Below, piece after piece: positions 26,601 through 38,600 of a stretch of DNA of 64,000 nucleotides. The position numbers and the translations under genes are program-made. The stretch covers positions 59,768,001-59,832,000 of the forward strand of contig NC_059433.1 in the NCBI RefSeq assembly GCF_021028975.2. Direction: 5' to 3'. Below the pieces are notes generated by a model. It searched no databases, had not been told where the DNA came from, and saw only the letters and a program-made list of their open reading frames with translations. Within the stretch, counting starts at the first letter, position 1. Each line of letters begins with the position of its first letter. This stretch comes from Sphaerodactylus townsendi (Eukaryota).

Positions 26601-29600
26601 GGGACAGTAATTTGGCATCTTTTCAGTTGGCAAAATGAAATAATTTAGCTGAAAACCAACAGCTCTCCTTTTCAACTAAGTGAAAACAAATTAAGCTCTG
26701 TAAAGGAATGAGTTTAGACTACATATTTTCTTGTATCATAGTTTGTGATTTCAAGAAAGTGGGTTAATTTTTTATTGCATTAGTATCTCCATAAGATCAA
26801 AATGTGACATTACATAGTTAGAACATAATAACAGGATCAGTACAATTACCTGACTATTGGGAATTTAAGACTTCTTTCCATGGGGTTGAGGGTTGAAATG
26901 TGAGTATAGTGGAACCTCGTTTTTTGTTGTCGGTTTTCGTCGGTTTTGGTTTTCATCTATTCTTTCCCTGAAAATTTTGTCTCGGTTTTCGTCATTTGCT
27001 TCGGTTTTCGTCGGCGCGCATGCACTAATTTTGCGACAACAAATTGATACCCATGCATTTCCATTATTTTCCAGTGTTTGCCTCGGTTTTCGTCGGTTTC
27101 GGATTTCACCGAAGTTTCCCAGACAGATTATCGACAAAAACCGAGGTTCCACTGTATAGGAGAGCTATCCTAATGTCAGAATTCTACTCAGGTTTATCCG
27201 GTGGGGCTTACTCCCAAAAAAGCATTTTTAGGATTGCATAAATTTTTCTTGACCAATTTTTCTTCTTCTTAAAGTGATAAAAATCTATTTATAAATTCCA
27301 GTGAGATAGCCATATTAATCAGTTAAAGTGGAAAAGTGTCATAGATCTCAATTTATTGAAGCATAAGTTTCATGGACTAGAGCTCACTTCTTTAGATCCA
27401 TTAAATAGACTCTAGTCCATGAACACTTAGGCTTCAACATATCTATTAGCTTCTAAGATGCAAAAAGATTCCTTTTCATTAATGTTCATGAAGTAGATTA
27501 CTGGATAAAACACCTACAGTGATCCCCTGTTCTAAATGAGACTGTGGGCATCCGGAAATGGTTTATACAATACTTGCTTTTTAACATAATTGCTTGCTCT
27601 TTCTTTTCCTCCTATAGTACCTGGCCCCCGAGGTGATTAGAAAGCAACCGTATGATAACACAGTAGACTGGTGGTGCCTTGGTGCTGTTTTGTATGAAAT
27701 GCTTTATGGTCTGGTAGGTATTTAATGTTTTTCGTACAATATATCTAAAGCAATTTCACAAATGCCAGTTGCTGACAGGCAACAGCAGGGAGGGCTGATG
27801 GTTTCCTGGAAGCATTTGAAGCATATGAACGGTGAGTGTTGTAAACAGGATGCTGGATGCGACAGACTAGATGTTTGATCCAACAGGACAGCTCCTATCT
27901 GCAGTATTAGTAAGAATATGACATCAAAGGTTTCACATATTTGTGAACAAGCTGCAGGTCATATGGCTTTGTCTTGTGTTGCTTTTGGGTACTTCATTGC
28001 TCCAAAACTAACATGACCTTTACTGACTTTCTAGTGGAAACAATGATGTCACATAGCACAGGGGAAACAGACAACTGAAGCAGCAATGATGCTATTCATT
28101 GCTGAATAGAACGGAATAAACTAGAAGAGACTGCCAGTATCAGTGTCCAGGACATTAGCAATACATTCTTGTTTTCCCTTGTCAGGGATGAGCTGACCAT
28201 TTATATCATCAGCAGTTTTCCCGGTGGGCCGATGTTTTGGAAAAGCAGCAGTGGTGAGGGAGAAACTGCTGGCTCTTCACAGCACAGCCTGAAGCTGCAT
28301 GTACTCAGCTTTCATCCAGCTGCCTTTGCATCACTTTTGAAGGAGGTGCTCACCTCGTTCCACTCCCATCGTTTGCCTCCTTCCATCTCCATCTTTTCTT
28401 TTCACTTGTAGTATATTTTTCTTACATTCATGCTGATGAAAGTACTTGTTAATCATGTAACACACATTTTTTGTTTAAAATTGTGAGACAATGAGAATAT
28501 GCTGGCTGAAATAAAAGTTATTAGTAATAAAACAGTAATATAAAACAGATAGAACCCCGTTATGAGTTGGAGACTTCCTACTATTGCCTGGATTGTATTT
28601 TGGAGCACTTCGGTTAGGGTTACTTTCTAGAAGTCAAATATACCCCAGAAAGGGCCTCTTGGCTGAAAGTGTTGTGCCATGTGACCTTGCTTACTTAAAT
28701 ATGACTAATAATCTACTATCCTAGAACATCCTTAGGATGGGTTGCAGTTCAAAAACTACAATTCAGTTAGAAAAATCGGTAAGAGAACCATGTGTTTAAT
28801 CCCAAATCATTAGTCCCCAACAAGAAGATCTGAAAGTACTTTGTAAAATAGAGCTAAATTTCACTGTGAAATAGAGCTAAGCTTTCTATGGAAAGAGCAG
28901 ATACTCATGGAACAAGCCTCTCTTGGCATAAAATTGCTACACTGTATGGATAGTGCAGTCCAATGGCTGCTCATGTTCTTTAAGATGATCTCTAAAGTGA
29001 GCTTTCTTGAATGTTGCATGAAGGATCACTTCAGATTTAGACCTTTTATACCAGAGGTGTTGAACTGAACATATTTATAAGGGCTGGATATGACATAAAT
29101 GTGACTTGATGAGGCCGGGGGTGAGGAGCCTGTCTCGGCTGATTAGCCCGCAGCATGCACACCTGCCCACCCAGATTGGCCTGTGGAATGGCAACCTTGG
29201 CTATCAGCCCAAGTGTGGATTCCCCAGCCCATAATAGCACTGGGGGGTGGCTGCTTCAGCTGGAGAAGCCACAGCAGGCTTGCCAGCCCAGATCAGTATT
29301 GGGGGTGGCTGCCTCAGCTGTAGAGACTGCATTCAATTTGGGGGTGGCTACCTCAATTGTGAAGAGTGGCTAACTTAGAGGGGGGAAGTGGTTGATACTG
29401 GGAGGAGTGGCTGCCACAGCTGGCAATCCCAAGGCAGGCCTGCCAGCCCAGAATGGCACGAGGAGAGATGGTCAACAGTGGGGGGTGGTCTCAGTTGGCA
29501 AGCCTGCCACAGGCTTGCTGTCCTAGTTTGGCACTGGGGGAGGGCTGCCTCAGCTGGTGACCTTGCAGCAGGCTTGCAGATCAGAACACAGGAAGGGTGG

Positions 29601-32600
29601 TGGCTGCCTCAGCTGGTGAGCCTATAGCAAACTTGCCAGCCCAGAACAGCACTAGGTCCAGTGGTCAGCACTGAGAGATGTGTGAGTGTGTGGCTCCTCA
29701 GTTGGCAAGCCTGCAGCAGGCTTACTGGCCCAGATCCACACTGTGGAGGTTGTCTCAGCTGGCGAGCCTACCTTAGCTGTGATATGGCTGTTTTGGCTGG
29801 CGAGCCCATAGTGTGCTCACCAGCCCACAACAGCACCGGGGGAGGTGGTCAGCACCGGAGGGGAAGGCAGATAGGATGGCTGCCTGGACTGGTAAGTCCA
29901 CAACTGAATGGGGTGGCTGTCTGGACTGTGGGCTTGCCAGAGCAAACAAGGAGAGGGGGTGTTTAGACTGGTGAACCTGCATAGGGCTCGCCAGGCCTAA
30001 TTGGGAGGGGAGTTGCCTCAGATGGCCCGCAGGCCTGATAAGCCCTCTCAAGGGGCCAGATCCAGGCCCCGGACAACATGTTTGATGCCCCTGTTTCTTA
30101 CCATATCTAATGTATATCTATGTACCTCAAATAAGTTCTCAATCTTAATTAGCTTTCTAATTGTATTTTTCTCTCTAGCCTCCTTTTTACTGCCGTGATG
30201 TCTCTGAAATGTATGAAAACATTCTTCACAAACCTCTCCATTTAAGGCCAGGCATCAGTCTTACAGCATGGTCCATTCTAGAAGAACTTTTGGAGAAAAA
30301 CCGGCAAAAGAGACTTGGAGCTAAAGAAGACTTTGTATGTAATGTATCTGCTGTGAAGCCAAGTAGTTCACAAATAAATATGACCGTTCAGTCTCATAAC
30401 CCTACTAGATGAGAATATTTAATTCTACATGTCAGCATATCTTTTAAAAATATCAATTGCCATGATACTATTAAAAGATATGGGATCTGCTTGATAGGAA
30501 ATGTTTTAAAACAATATGAGTTTGTCTTCTGCTCTTCCTTCCAGAAAATAAAATATGTTTCCCAAATGCGAATTGTTCCAGTTGTATAATATAATTCATG
30601 CTGTTGCTGTTCAAATAATAGGGTAAATAAAAAATGCCGAGCTGTTGCTGTTCAAATTGTAGGTTTGTTGGTGTTAAGAAAAATATTTTGCATAAAGTAA
30701 ATAATCAACACTGACAAAAATCCTGAGGAAATCATACAACTCATATTGTCATCAATTGGAAAGACAGGTAGGCCTATGCCTAAATTCCATTGATCTAAAT
30801 GTTCAGTAAGCAAAGCTAATTTCTATGAATCTGGGATTGATTTCCTCAGCCAGGAAACTTGTTGCTGTCCTTTTGTGTAGATTACAGACAGTTTGAAGGA
30901 TTGCTATAAAGACAGATGGGTAAAAGGCAGTTTAGTTCATAATTGGTACAATGGATCGTGCACAGTATTTGTTTATACAGAGCACAGCATTTTCAAAGCA
31001 CTTAGCATACATTGTCTCAGTGATTTTTTTTAGGCTAGTCTGTTACTAGTCTCGTTGCAAATGATGAGCTGAGAGATCAAGAGAGATCAGCTTAATGAGC
31101 TTGCGGTAGGTCCAGTATTTCACCTGAGGGTGTCAGGGTTCACAGCTCAATCAATAGGATGCTGTGACTTTTCGATTTTAGTTCTTAAAATAGTACTAAG
31201 TACTGAACAGAACAGAGAGAAGAAGCAGAAGAATTGGATTTATATCCCCTCTTTCCTGTAAGGAGATTCAAAGGGGCTTACAAACTCCTTTCCCTCCCCC
31301 TGCCCAACAAATACCCTGTGAGGTAGGTGGGGCTGAGAGAGCTCAGAAGAACTGTGACTAGTTCAAGGTCACCGAGCTGGCATGTGTTGGAGTGCACAGG
31401 CTAATCTGAATTCCCCAGAGCCAGTGTGGTATATTATTATTATTTATTGGAATTTTTGGTCACCGTTTCCCATCGAGACAGGCTCAGGGCAGCTCACATC
31501 CTTCAATCATGTAGTGGTGGAAGTGCCAGGCTAGGACCTGGGAAACCTAGTTTTGAATCCCTGCTCTGCTATGAGAACTTGCTGGATGACCTTGGGCCAG
31601 TCACACACTCACAGCCTTTCACCCTGGCAAGTATTTGGTTAAGAGACCTCAAAGGAATACCAGAGGCGTGATGCAGAGGTAGACAGTGGCAAACAGCCTC
31701 TGAATGTGTTTTGCCTTAAAAATCCTATGGCCGTTGTGGTGAACCTATGGCACTCCAGATGTTCATGGACTACAATTCCTATCAGCCCCAGCCAGCATGG
31801 CCAATTGGCCATGCTGGGAGGGGCTGATGGGAATTGTAGTCCATGAACAACTGGAGTGCCATAGGTTCTCCACCACTGTTCTATGGGGTCACCATAAGTC
31901 AGCTATAACTTGACGTCAATAAAAATTGATCAAGTGGGGTCAATATTTCTTGTGTTTTCATGCCACTACAGGTATACTCTGATTCACATTAAGATGTTAG
32001 TATGGTCAGTTGAGGTGCAGCGGTTAAGAAAATGGTATTAGAATATAGTCCTGAATGAATATGAGAATTATAATTCATTTTTATGTGCTGCCTTTGTCAA
32101 AACCATTATTTTGTGCATCAGTGAACTTGGTACTTTGATACAAGAGCATTTATAGTTCATTGAATGATGATGACTAATACTTGCCTTTTGCAAACTGCAT
32201 CATACTTTTTCTTGGCAAAATGGCTGACAGAGCGGAAGCAGGCATGTCTGCTTCTGGAGAGAAATCTCCTCACTGTTATTTTAAATCCAGTCACAAAGGG
32301 CAGCATTACTTTGTATGTTACTTTTTATGCCTTTTCCTGGGCTATTCTGCAATCACCACAAAGAAGGAAGAGAAGAGTTTGAATTTATAGTCCCCCTTTC
32401 TCTTCTGTAAGGAGACTCAAAGGGTCTTACAATTTTCTTTCCCTCTCTCCCTCACAACAAACATCCTGTGAAGTAGGTGGGGCTGAGAGAGCTCCGAAGA
32501 ACTGTGACTAGCCCAAGGTCACCCAGTGACATGTGTTGGAGTGCACAGGCTAATCTAGTTCACCAGATAAGCTCCACAGCTCAAGTGGCAGAGCGGGGAA

Positions 32601-34424
32601 TCAAACCCGGTTCCCCAGATTAGAGTACACCTGCTCTTAACCTCTACACATGCTGGTGGGCAGACAGGCAGGCCTCCTTTTCTGAGGCTGATGGGTCATG
32701 GGTCTGTCTGGCAGCTGCTCATGGCCGGCAAACCAGATCTGGGTAAGGAAGGCTTGCAGCCCACTTGCAGGTGGCCAGCCGGCACCAGCAGAGAGACTAT
32801 CTCACTGCGGGCGGGCACCATCAGCATGACGCACAAGGAAGGCCAGCCAGGAGTAAAGGTGTGTAACTGGGTTCTAGTATTGTTTAATGTTGTATAATTA
32901 AACTGAATGACAAATGTATTTTTCCTTTCAAATGGAGGGGGGGAGCAGGGCTAGGTATAGGCACTAGGGCCCAGGCGGATCATTCTTCAAGAAAGAAGGT
33001 CCGGCATGTGGCAGAGAACTATACAACTCTGTTATCATCTATATGTGAAAGAGAGTGTAGTTAAGTATTGCAACACAGACTACAATGCTTTTATAAAAAA
33101 GTGTACTCAGACTATGAATTTGAGCCTCTCAGACCTTTGCCCTCTGAAACAAGTTAAAGTTTTCAGTTCCAGTGGACAGTGAAACAACTTTCTGATGCTT
33201 TGCAGACAACGGTATACAGTACATATAAAATGACCGATAAATGTTTATTTTATATTTCAGCTTGAAATTCAAAGGCATCCCTTCTTTGAATCTCTCGGCT
33301 GGACTGACCTCCTTCAGAAAAAGATCTCACCACCATTTAACCCTAATGTGGTAGGTATAATACTTCATAGCATCTTCAGAAATTGTATTACAATCATTTT
33401 TCCAAAAAAATTAAGCTCAGCAGCCCCATCCAGAACTGTTGGGCAGACAGGGGTGGTGCAGCTTCGGTGCCGCTCTGCCCGCTCCAAAGGGCTTTCCCGC
33501 AACACAGGAAGTCTGAACAGTTTAAAAAGAGAGAGAGAGGACTCGCCTCACACTCCCCCATAGCACAGAATAGAGATATGCTGCCAAAATCATGGCAGAT
33601 CTTGAGCTGGCTGGGGTCATCCGTAGGCAGAGCGAGAGACTTGAACAGGGCCCTGGAGGTGGGATCTACGGTCAGCCTCACGCACCTCCAAGCACTGCCT
33701 CCTGTGTAGATGCTGCTTTTGGCCAGGCTGACAGAGTGTTTTGCACCTGCGGGACTGAGCAACGGATACTGCTTTAGGGTGGCTGCTGTGCAGCTGCGCA
33801 ACGCCCACCCACCCAAGTACCTGCCCCTTCCACCAGCACATTTGCCCTTGTGTCAGCAGAACAGGTACTTCCACCAACAGGGGCACACCAGTTCCAGAGG
33901 GGGATTCAGTTCTCCCCCCCAGATGGGGCTGCCCATTGTTTTAAAACTGCAGAATGCAAAAATGACATTTTATTTATTCATAGTTTGAGGATACTACAGG
34001 ATATGAAAGTGATACATCAAGAAGGAAAACTACAGAAAGGACATTGGAGGGACTCTAGAAGGGTTTCATACAGAGCTACTAATAAAGTAAAATTAAATAG
34101 TAGTAGTAATGACCAAAGATATTCATTTGTTTTGCCGGAAGGACAGATCTTTTCAAGTTCGACCAAATAAAGGAACCCCAGAATTAGAAATAGGATAAAG
34201 ATCAACATTTTTTATATTTATAATGTATATATACTCTTTTATTATTTTCCTAGGCTGGTCCAGATGATATTAGGAATTTTGACTTGGCATTTACAGAAGA
34301 GATGGTGCCCTATTCAGTCTGTATTTCTTCTGACTATAATATCATCAATGCCAGTGTGTTGGAAGCAGATGATGCATTCATTGGATTTTCTTATGCCCCA
34401 CCTTCAGAAGACTTATTTCACTAA
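8571..34424 (+). CDS. SGK3: Serum/glucocorticoid-regulated kinase 3, full spliced CDS (16 coding exons, 1473 nt, 490 aa)
   Basis: Exons join in frame: PX domain ([31 protein letters not shown]), GKGSFG, YAVK, YRDLKPEN, DFG, activation loop TFCGTPEY, PY motif PPFY, hydrophobic motif FIGFSY. Exon sizes sum to 491 codons; all introns GT-AG. Confidence 0.98.
9552..10025 (+). mobile_element. Full-length Squam3-like SINE split by the exon-copy insertion (about 9733-9912)
   Basis: 5' half ends ggagctctctcagctcca and 3' half resumes acagggtgtttgttgt; uninterrupted copies at 10259, 32362 and 35397. Confidence 0.88.
9746..9912 (+). pseudogene. Duplicated, rearranged copy of SGK3 coding exon 1 (pseudo-exon) inside a SINE
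   Basis: 9746-9837 is identical to 8527-8618; then the AAGAAAAAG block is duplicated; donor GT changed to AT (acaataagtctttaaacat); then gagtagaatgtaaatac copied from about 8961-8977. Confidence 0.93.
10259..10410 (+). mobile_element. 5'-truncated Squam3-like SINE
   Basis: Matches the 3' half of 9552-10025. Confidence 0.8.
12243..12326 (+). CDS. SGK3: SGK3 coding exon 2 ([28 protein letters not shown])
   Basis: ctacag| acceptor, |gtaagt donor; PX domain. Confidence 0.97.
12462..12534 (+). CDS. SGK3: SGK3 coding exon 3 ([24 protein letters not shown])
   Basis: ttacag| and |gtaagt; 73 nt. Confidence 0.97.
13693..13887 (-). mobile_element. 5S rRNA-derived SINE (5S-Sauria type)
   Basis: Reverse complement resembles 5S (atcttgtcagatctaagaagctaaacaaggtcagccctgatcagtattt) joined to a Sauria/BovB-like ggcaaaccacctct tail. 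Confidence 0.6.
15463..15538 (+). CDS. SGK3: SGK3 coding exon 4 ([25 protein letters not shown])
   Basis: tttcag| and |gtaagt; 76 nt. Confidence 0.97.
16235..16855 (-). mobile_element. Degraded non-LTR retrotransposon reverse-transcriptase fragment
   Basis: [19 protein letters not shown]...[11 protein letters not shown]...[10 protein letters not shown] resembles RT domains 5-7 (IN..KTK.M.F, IE.V..FKYLG). Confidence 0.65.
18016..18103 (+). CDS. SGK3: SGK3 coding exon 5 ([29 protein letters not shown])
   Basis: ttttag| and |gtaact; 88 nt. Confidence 0.97.
19255..19527 (+). mobile_element. L2-type 3' end with (TAAA)n tail
   Basis: tgtacaccgcccagagccc..gggcggtatataaat followed by aataaataaataaat. 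Confidence 0.65.
20815..21390 (-). mobile_element. Young 5'-truncated CR1 LINE (ORF2 C-terminus and 3' UTR)
   Basis: Uninterrupted [59 protein letters not shown]; 8-bp tail repeat (CTTATGTT)n. Confidence 0.92.
22561..22980. mobile_element. GC/CpG-rich non-autonomous DNA element (Harbinger-like ends)
   Basis: Starts ggccctttccgcac with an internal gggccgttcgcac; internal inverted repeat; related to 56428-56884. Confidence 0.55.
23227..23276 (+). CDS. SGK3: SGK3 coding exon 6 ([16 protein letters not shown])
   Basis: pyrimidine tract + caacag| and |gtaggt; 50 nt. Confidence 0.96.
23803..23860 (+). CDS. SGK3: SGK3 coding exon 7 ([19 protein letters not shown])
   Basis: tcctag| and |gtatgc; glycine-rich loop. 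Confidence 0.97.
24071..24154 (+). CDS. SGK3: SGK3 coding exon 8 ([28 protein letters not shown])
   Basis: ctttag| and |gtgaaa; ATP-binding Lys. Confidence 0.97.
24238..24369 (+). CDS. SGK3: SGK3 coding exon 9 ([44 protein letters not shown])
   Basis: ttgcag| and |gtaggt; 132 nt. Confidence 0.97.
24907..25019 (+). CDS. SGK3: SGK3 coding exon 10 ([38 protein letters not shown])
   Basis: ttacag| and |gtaacg; 113 nt. Confidence 0.97.
25227..25263 (+). CDS. SGK3: SGK3 coding exon 11 ([12 protein letters not shown])
   Basis: aaccag| and |gtaagc; catalytic loop; 37 nt. Confidence 0.96.
25351..25437 (+). CDS. SGK3: SGK3 coding exon 12 ([29 protein letters not shown])
   Basis: atgcag| and |gtaagt; DFG and activation loop. 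Confidence 0.97.
25866..26289. mobile_element. MITE-like element with CAGCCCAAT / ATTGGGCTG ends
   Basis: Inverted termini; similar ends at 33420-33932 and near 46270. Confidence 0.5.
26907..27154. mobile_element. Tc1/mariner (Tigger-like) MITE, young
   Basis: TIRs (t/c)agtggaacctcg / cgaggttccactg, TA TSD, CpGs retained. Confidence 0.85.
27618..27713 (+). CDS. SGK3: SGK3 coding exon 13 ([32 protein letters not shown])
   Basis: ctatag| and |gtaggt; 96 nt. Confidence 0.97.
29052..30093. mobile_element. Non-autonomous hAT element with degenerate internal GC-rich tandem repeats
   Basis: Ends cagaggtgttgaac / gtttgatgcccctg; repeated ggggtggctgcctcagctgg units; another left end near 63868. Confidence 0.7.
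30179..30334 (+). CDS. SGK3: SGK3 coding exon 14 ([19 protein letters not shown]...GAKEDF)
   Basis: ctctag| and |gtatgt; 156 nt. Confidence 0.97.
31215..31418 (-). mobile_element. Squam3-like SINE, 5'-truncated
   Basis: Reverse complement of the 9552 family. Confidence 0.8.
31731..31878. mobile_element. Palindromic hAT MITE nested in a Sauria/BovB-tail SINE remnant (about 31510-31920)
   Basis: Same family as 7080; TSD tcctatgg / ttctatgg. Confidence 0.85.
32362..32655 (-). mobile_element. Full-length Squam3-like SINE
   Basis: A/B boxes and (TTC) tail on the minus strand. Confidence 0.85.
33261..33350 (+). CDS. SGK3: SGK3 coding exon 15 ([30 protein letters not shown])
   Basis: tttcag| and |gtaggt; 90 nt, ends in phase 0. 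Confidence 0.97.
33420..33932. mobile_element. MITE-like element with 11-bp perfect TIR gcagccccatc / gatggggctgc
   Basis: Perfect inverted termini around a GC-rich 0.5-kb body. Confidence 0.65.
34254..34424 (+). CDS. SGK3: SGK3 last coding exon ([10 protein letters not shown]...[15 protein letters not shown])
   Basis: tcctag|, TAA at 34422-34424; AGC C-tail hydrophobic motif. Confidence 0.97.
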   Translation, partial: AGPDDIRNFDLAFTEEMVPYSVCISSDYNIINASVLEADDAFIGFSYAPPSEDLFH

Positions 34425-35257
34425 GTTTTGTGGAGCCAATTAATACATCACATCTTAAATGGACCAAAATGTCTGGATTGTGAACAGATCCTAAAATATG
34501 TGCCTATGTTGACGTGATGCTTATGAACAAACATTATCTGCTGTAATTTGAGAAACTGGGCATTTTGAACTACTTTCTATAGACTGTTACAGCTGCCACA
34601 TGAAATACTTTTTAGAGAACAAATAGCTTTTGTTAGCTGTTCCTAAAGGAGAGACTCTTTCAAAGCAAGACACTGACTGTTTTTTCTCCAGTTTGTGACT
34701 GTTTTTCCTCCAGTTTACAACATTAACATCTCCAGAACTGGCTGTCTTTAAAAGCAGCACACTTCAGCACATTTAAATGCCTTGGTTAACCAACTATGTG
34801 ACTCTGTGCTTGAAATGTTTCTATGCAATTGTTTTTGTATATCACTTGTTTTAAAAAGATACATTTACGCAGTACAATTGTGTTTGTTTTTTAAGGCAAG
34901 TTGATTCACTGCCAACACTTTCCTTTAATTTTTGTTTTGTTTTGTTTCTGTATGAAACTATTCACTTTAAGGCCAATCGTGCTGTGCCCAGAATTAAAGC
35001 CATCAGCACTTTTCTATTGAAGTACTTTGATTAATTCCAATTATAAAGCATAGAAATGTGCTCTCTGGGTTAGAACAAATGAGCCTTAAAGACTTATTCA
35101 TAATGACTCATCTCATAATGACTATAACTTTTCTCTTCTTGTAGAAGAAGCTAAATGATTATTTCCCCCAAAGAAACAGATGATAGAAAAACTACTGCAT
35201 TTGTAAAAGAAGAAATTAACTTGTATTTGGAATACTAATATATTGCAATGTGATTGT

Positions 35258-35263
35258 ATTAAA
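35258..35263 (+). terminator. Candidate SGK3 poly(A) signal ATTAAA (alternatives AATAAA at 36780 and 37263)
   Basis: Follows about 830 nt of AU-rich 3' UTR-like sequence and precedes T-rich sequence; the site actually used cannot be determined here. Confidence 0.35.
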
Positions 35264-35396
35264 ATCCATTTTTTCTTCTAGTCTGTATTTTGATTTCTAT
35301 TCATATATAGCTGGGAAAACCTACTGCAATCCATCTGCAATTTTGTAAAAATATAGATGGAGATAATCTGTAACATTTAGTGGGGATATAAAGGGA

Positions 35397-35690
35397 AAGA
35401 AGAAGAAGAGTTGGATTTATATTCCCGCTTTTTCTCCTGTAAGGAGACTCAAAGGGGCTTACAATATCCTTTCCCTCCCCCACCCCACACAACAAACACC
35501 CTGTCAAGTGGGTGGGGCCGAGAGAGCTCCGAAGAACTGTGACTAGCCCAAGGTCACCCAACTGGCATGTGTTGGAATGCACAAGCTAATCTGGTTCACC
35601 AGATAAGCCTCCACAGATCAAGTGGCAAAGTGGGGAATCAAAACTGGTTCTCCAGATTAGAATGCACCTGCTCATAACCACTACACCACA
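35397..35690 (-). mobile_element. Full-length Squam3-like SINE downstream of the SGK3 stop
   Basis: Same family as 32362. Confidence 0.85.
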
Positions 35691-38600
35691 TTGAGGAGGG
35701 CATGAGACAACAATTAATTTGCTACCTGAAGCAAATAATCCCTTGGGCTGGATCCTATATATTGTGCTGCTTGCTGCCTTGGATGAGAATTTCACTTATT
35801 CCCTTCTACCTCTTCTGGTCCTCTATAGATCGTCTGCCTTATTCACAAGGATCCCTGGATTTTAGGGAGCTCAGTAGGCTGCAATTAGGAGGGGTTGTCG
35901 GATAGTTCCATTCCACGAGTGCAACAATACTCATAGTGCATACTATGGTCACAGTAGACTTTTCTCCTTCTCTGTTGCTCACCACCTAAAATTAATCTCC
36001 AGCATTAATTAATTGACTGCTATGGGTTTTTTTCCCCACTGCTCTCAACGTTAAAAGGAAGCTGTGTATTCTGCCTGGTGATATAAGGACATTTGAACAT
36101 TATTTTTGTTGTTATTTGGGGGAGGGGATCTAGGGCAGATCTCCATATTTTGCTTCGAGAAGACCAGGGATGAACTAGACACCAAAACTATTTAAAATCT
36201 GGATATCTGCTCAATATTTCACACAAGGATGCTGTCAAGACAGGGCCTTAAGACCTGGACCTGGAAAATCCCTATTTTTTCTCCCCCTCCCCTTTTTAAA
36301 AACATCCAGCCTGAATGAATTCTGGAGAACTCATAAGCTTGCACACAGTTTTCTGTCATTTGGTTGATCCTAATATATGTTATTGTGTGGCTTCTGGTTT
36401 TGGATTTTGATTTGGACCAATGTAGCTACCTGCAGTCTGGAAGAACAGAAACCCATTTGTTGAAAAACAAAACCTTTTTCTTCAAAGCTATATAAGGCAA
36501 AGAATAGGAATAAGAGGATTTTCATGAAGCCAGGAACGAAGTTTACAACAGGTAGATTATTCATTAGTATTATTCATCACTCTCCTAGGCCTTTATTGGA
36601 CACACACTGTGTACCTATATTACCTTTAACCTTTTTTCCTTCCTAGTATTAATGTCTGGGGTGAAGAACTTCCTACTAGCATAATGGTGCAAGATATTTA
36701 ATTTGTATGGGTATGTTTTTAGTTTGTTAGCTGCTTGGTGGCCCTTATGAGGTGGAAAGGTGGGGTTTAAATTTTATTCAATAAAATACATTCCCTTCTT
36801 ACAATGATCCTGATCTACCTTCTGTGGACCTTTTTAATATTTAAAAATGTTAGTTGATTCAGTTGTGGATCACCCACATAATTTAATGTTTAGGCTTTAG
36901 TGCCAGTGCTATACATGGCTTCCCAATGTGCACATATGCACTAAAACAGTCTGATGGTTTCATATGACAGTTTGCAGGTGAATAGTTTGCTGTCTGTGTA
37001 GGAAAATAGCCATTTTTGAGGTGGTCCTTTGCACTCATATATGGTAAATACATATTGCCTTCAAATGAGTAGATTTTGTACTGGAGGCCTTTCTGGGGGT
37101 TTGGGGGAGATTAGGTTCTGGGGGTTTGGGGGAGATTAGGTTTTTTTCCTTTTACCCACAGGTTGTTGCTATATCACAGATGATTTATGTTGGTCTGCAT
37201 TGAAGGTAGGCTAGTAAAACTTTAGGTAGACTAGTAATGTAGGCATATTCTTGCGATATTGCAATAAAATATTATTTGGATATTTAACAATCTTTTTAAT
37301 TGCACAAAGTTACTTTAGTTTAAGCAAACTATATGATGAAAAGCAAATGCTTTAAAAAGGTTGTTTTTTGTGAGTATTGAATCTGTTTTTCCTACTGCTT
37401 TGCTCCTGTAAATAATCATTATTTACTTTGTTTATCTTGGAATACTTGAAGCTGCCTTACACCAAATCAGTTTAGTTGTCTCCTCTGATTGACAGCAGCT
37501 TTCCAGAAGGTCACTGCAACACCTGCTACCTGAGATCCTTTAACTGGAAATACTGGGAGTAAACCTCGGCCTCCTTCATCAACCATAAGCCTGACTTCCT
37601 TCTAAAATTTACTTGTATGTTCCAGTAACCAAATTTGCAATATGATCTCTAGTGCCTTTTCCTTTTCTGAATTTACCTTGAACATCTGCCATTCCTCATA
37701 CCATAGATAGTAGCACACTTTGTAAGATTTTGAGCTTCTCTTTCTTCATGTGAGAAATTAATGCAGTGGTCTGATAGTTGCTGCATTGACATTTCCTTTC
37801 ATCAGAGTTAGAGTGTAAATTAAGCATTTCCAGTATGGGCCATAGTTTTATTCCTGTATTTCTTAGCATAATCTTATTAAGATTTTGATGAACTCAGTTT
37901 CTGTGGCCTATAAAAGTTCTATTGATATCCCATCTACTTTATGGCCCAGTTTAGATTAGATGGCCTATATGTCCATTTCCAACTCTATTATTCTATGATT
38001 CTAAGGATTACAGAAATCTTAGTGGTTAGTAAGCGTGTGACTCTTAAAATAAAGTGATTTGAGGTAAATGTTATATCTTTGATACCTCACTTTTTTCAGC
38101 TGAAGTGAAAGCTTTCCCTTTGCCAGCCAAACAGTTGTCAGTAAGAACTTCAAGCCAGTGCCACCCGCCTAGTCATAGCCAGAAGTAGATGCCAATCAGA
38201 TTTTAATTTGGCCCCACTATGTTGGAGGTGCCCAGTTGTGGGACAGTTTGACACTCTTCATCCTGTGTCCTCTCTTTTCCCTTCAGCATAAGGCAAGGAA
38301 CTGAAAGCTGCCTAGGCTCCCAGTATCTTTTGGTCTGAGTGAAATAATCGGGCATTTGCAGTAGCAATAATTAAAAGTGTGGGGGACGGGCAAAAGTTTT
38401 CTCAGTAGTATATGCTGTTTTGTGGGGAAAGATACACTTCCTTTGTTCACTGATCAGTAGCTGTTTTAGCTGTAGCAACCTGCTGTTGTCTTATGGTAGT
38501 GTACAGAAGAGAACTATGGTGGAGAAACCCTCTTAATTCCTTCTAGTGTCTTCTCATAGTTAAAGATGTCAAGAGCTACCTCAGAGTCTTCCTGCCAATC

